Shown here: piece after piece, positions 63,786 through 64,000 of the stretch
Layout: every line of letters starts with the position of its first letter
How positions within the stretch are numbered: the stretch's first letter is position 1
DNA from: an uncultured Acidobacteriota bacterium
GTDB lineage: Bacteria > Acidobacteriota > Vicinamibacteria > Fen-336
Assembly (NCBI GenBank): GCA_963720545.1
Contig: OY970399.1
Coordinates: 3,360,001 to 3,424,000, forward strand
Reading direction: 5' to 3'
DNA length: 64,000 nucleotides
Translations under genes and position numbers: made by a program
The notes under the pieces: generated by a model
The model's database searches: none
Told to the model about the DNA's origin: nothing
Seen by the model: the letters and a program-made list of their open reading frames with translations, nothing else

Positions 63786-64000
63786 ATGCCGGCACGGCGC
63801 GCAATCGACCTGGCGATCATCGGCGCGGGGCCGGCCGGCCTCGCGGTCGGGATCGCCGCGCGCAACGCTTGTCTCGAGCACGTGGTGCTCGAGAAGGGCG
63901 TGCTGGTCAACTCGATCTTCAATTTCCCGCGCCACATGACGTTCTTCACGACGCCCGACCTGCTGGAGATCGGCGGCCTGCCGTTCGTGACGCCCTACGA
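63786..64000 (+). CDS. ypdA: YpdA-family putative bacillithiol disulfide reductase (3'-truncated at the window end)
   Basis: Manual translation: [22 protein letters not shown]...[33 protein letters not shown]. Confidence 0.82.
   Translation, partial: MPARRAIDLAIIGAGPAGLAVGIAARNACLEHVVLEKGVLVNSIFNFPRHMTFFTTPDLLEIGGLPFVTPY

Overview
A high-GC bacterial chromosomal window that is almost fully coding. The VWA-domain protein, membrane Ser/Thr kinases with PD40 repeats, hpnCDE and YXWGXW lipoprotein suggest Acidobacteriota (inference, not tested). It holds about 62 CDSs. These include yitJ, lpxD, uvrB, a nadQ-nadA-nadB-nadC operon with a clear operator, gpmA, hpnCDE, def, infA, fpg/nei and erpA. 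A 10-gene purine-catabolism cluster encodes three XDH subunits and a CitE/HpcH-like protein, convergent with guaD-allB-alc-uraD-uraH-puuD. The remainder includes a GH13_18 phosphorylase, a fused E1 dehydrogenase, PBP1A and a partial ypdA. No rRNA, tRNA, CRISPR array, transposase or phage gene was recognised. Most notable observations: (1) a six-copy hairpin repeat family with compensatory stem changes; five copies sit directly on stop codons, two form a 272-bp inverted doublet and two bracket a lactonase-like gene; (2) in the purine cluster, a PuuD with no cytochrome c domain, a CitE-like protein where the ureidoglycolate/glyoxylate step is missing, and an XDH 2Fe-2S subunit with a histone-H1-like tail; (3) an apparently catalytically dead malate dehydrogenase paralogue next to an orphan BMC-T shell gene; (4) pervasive leaderless-type and bidirectional -10 promoters; (5) short intragenic patches of anomalous codon usage. 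All calls come from reading motifs by eye; no database searches were run, and start codons are my best estimates.
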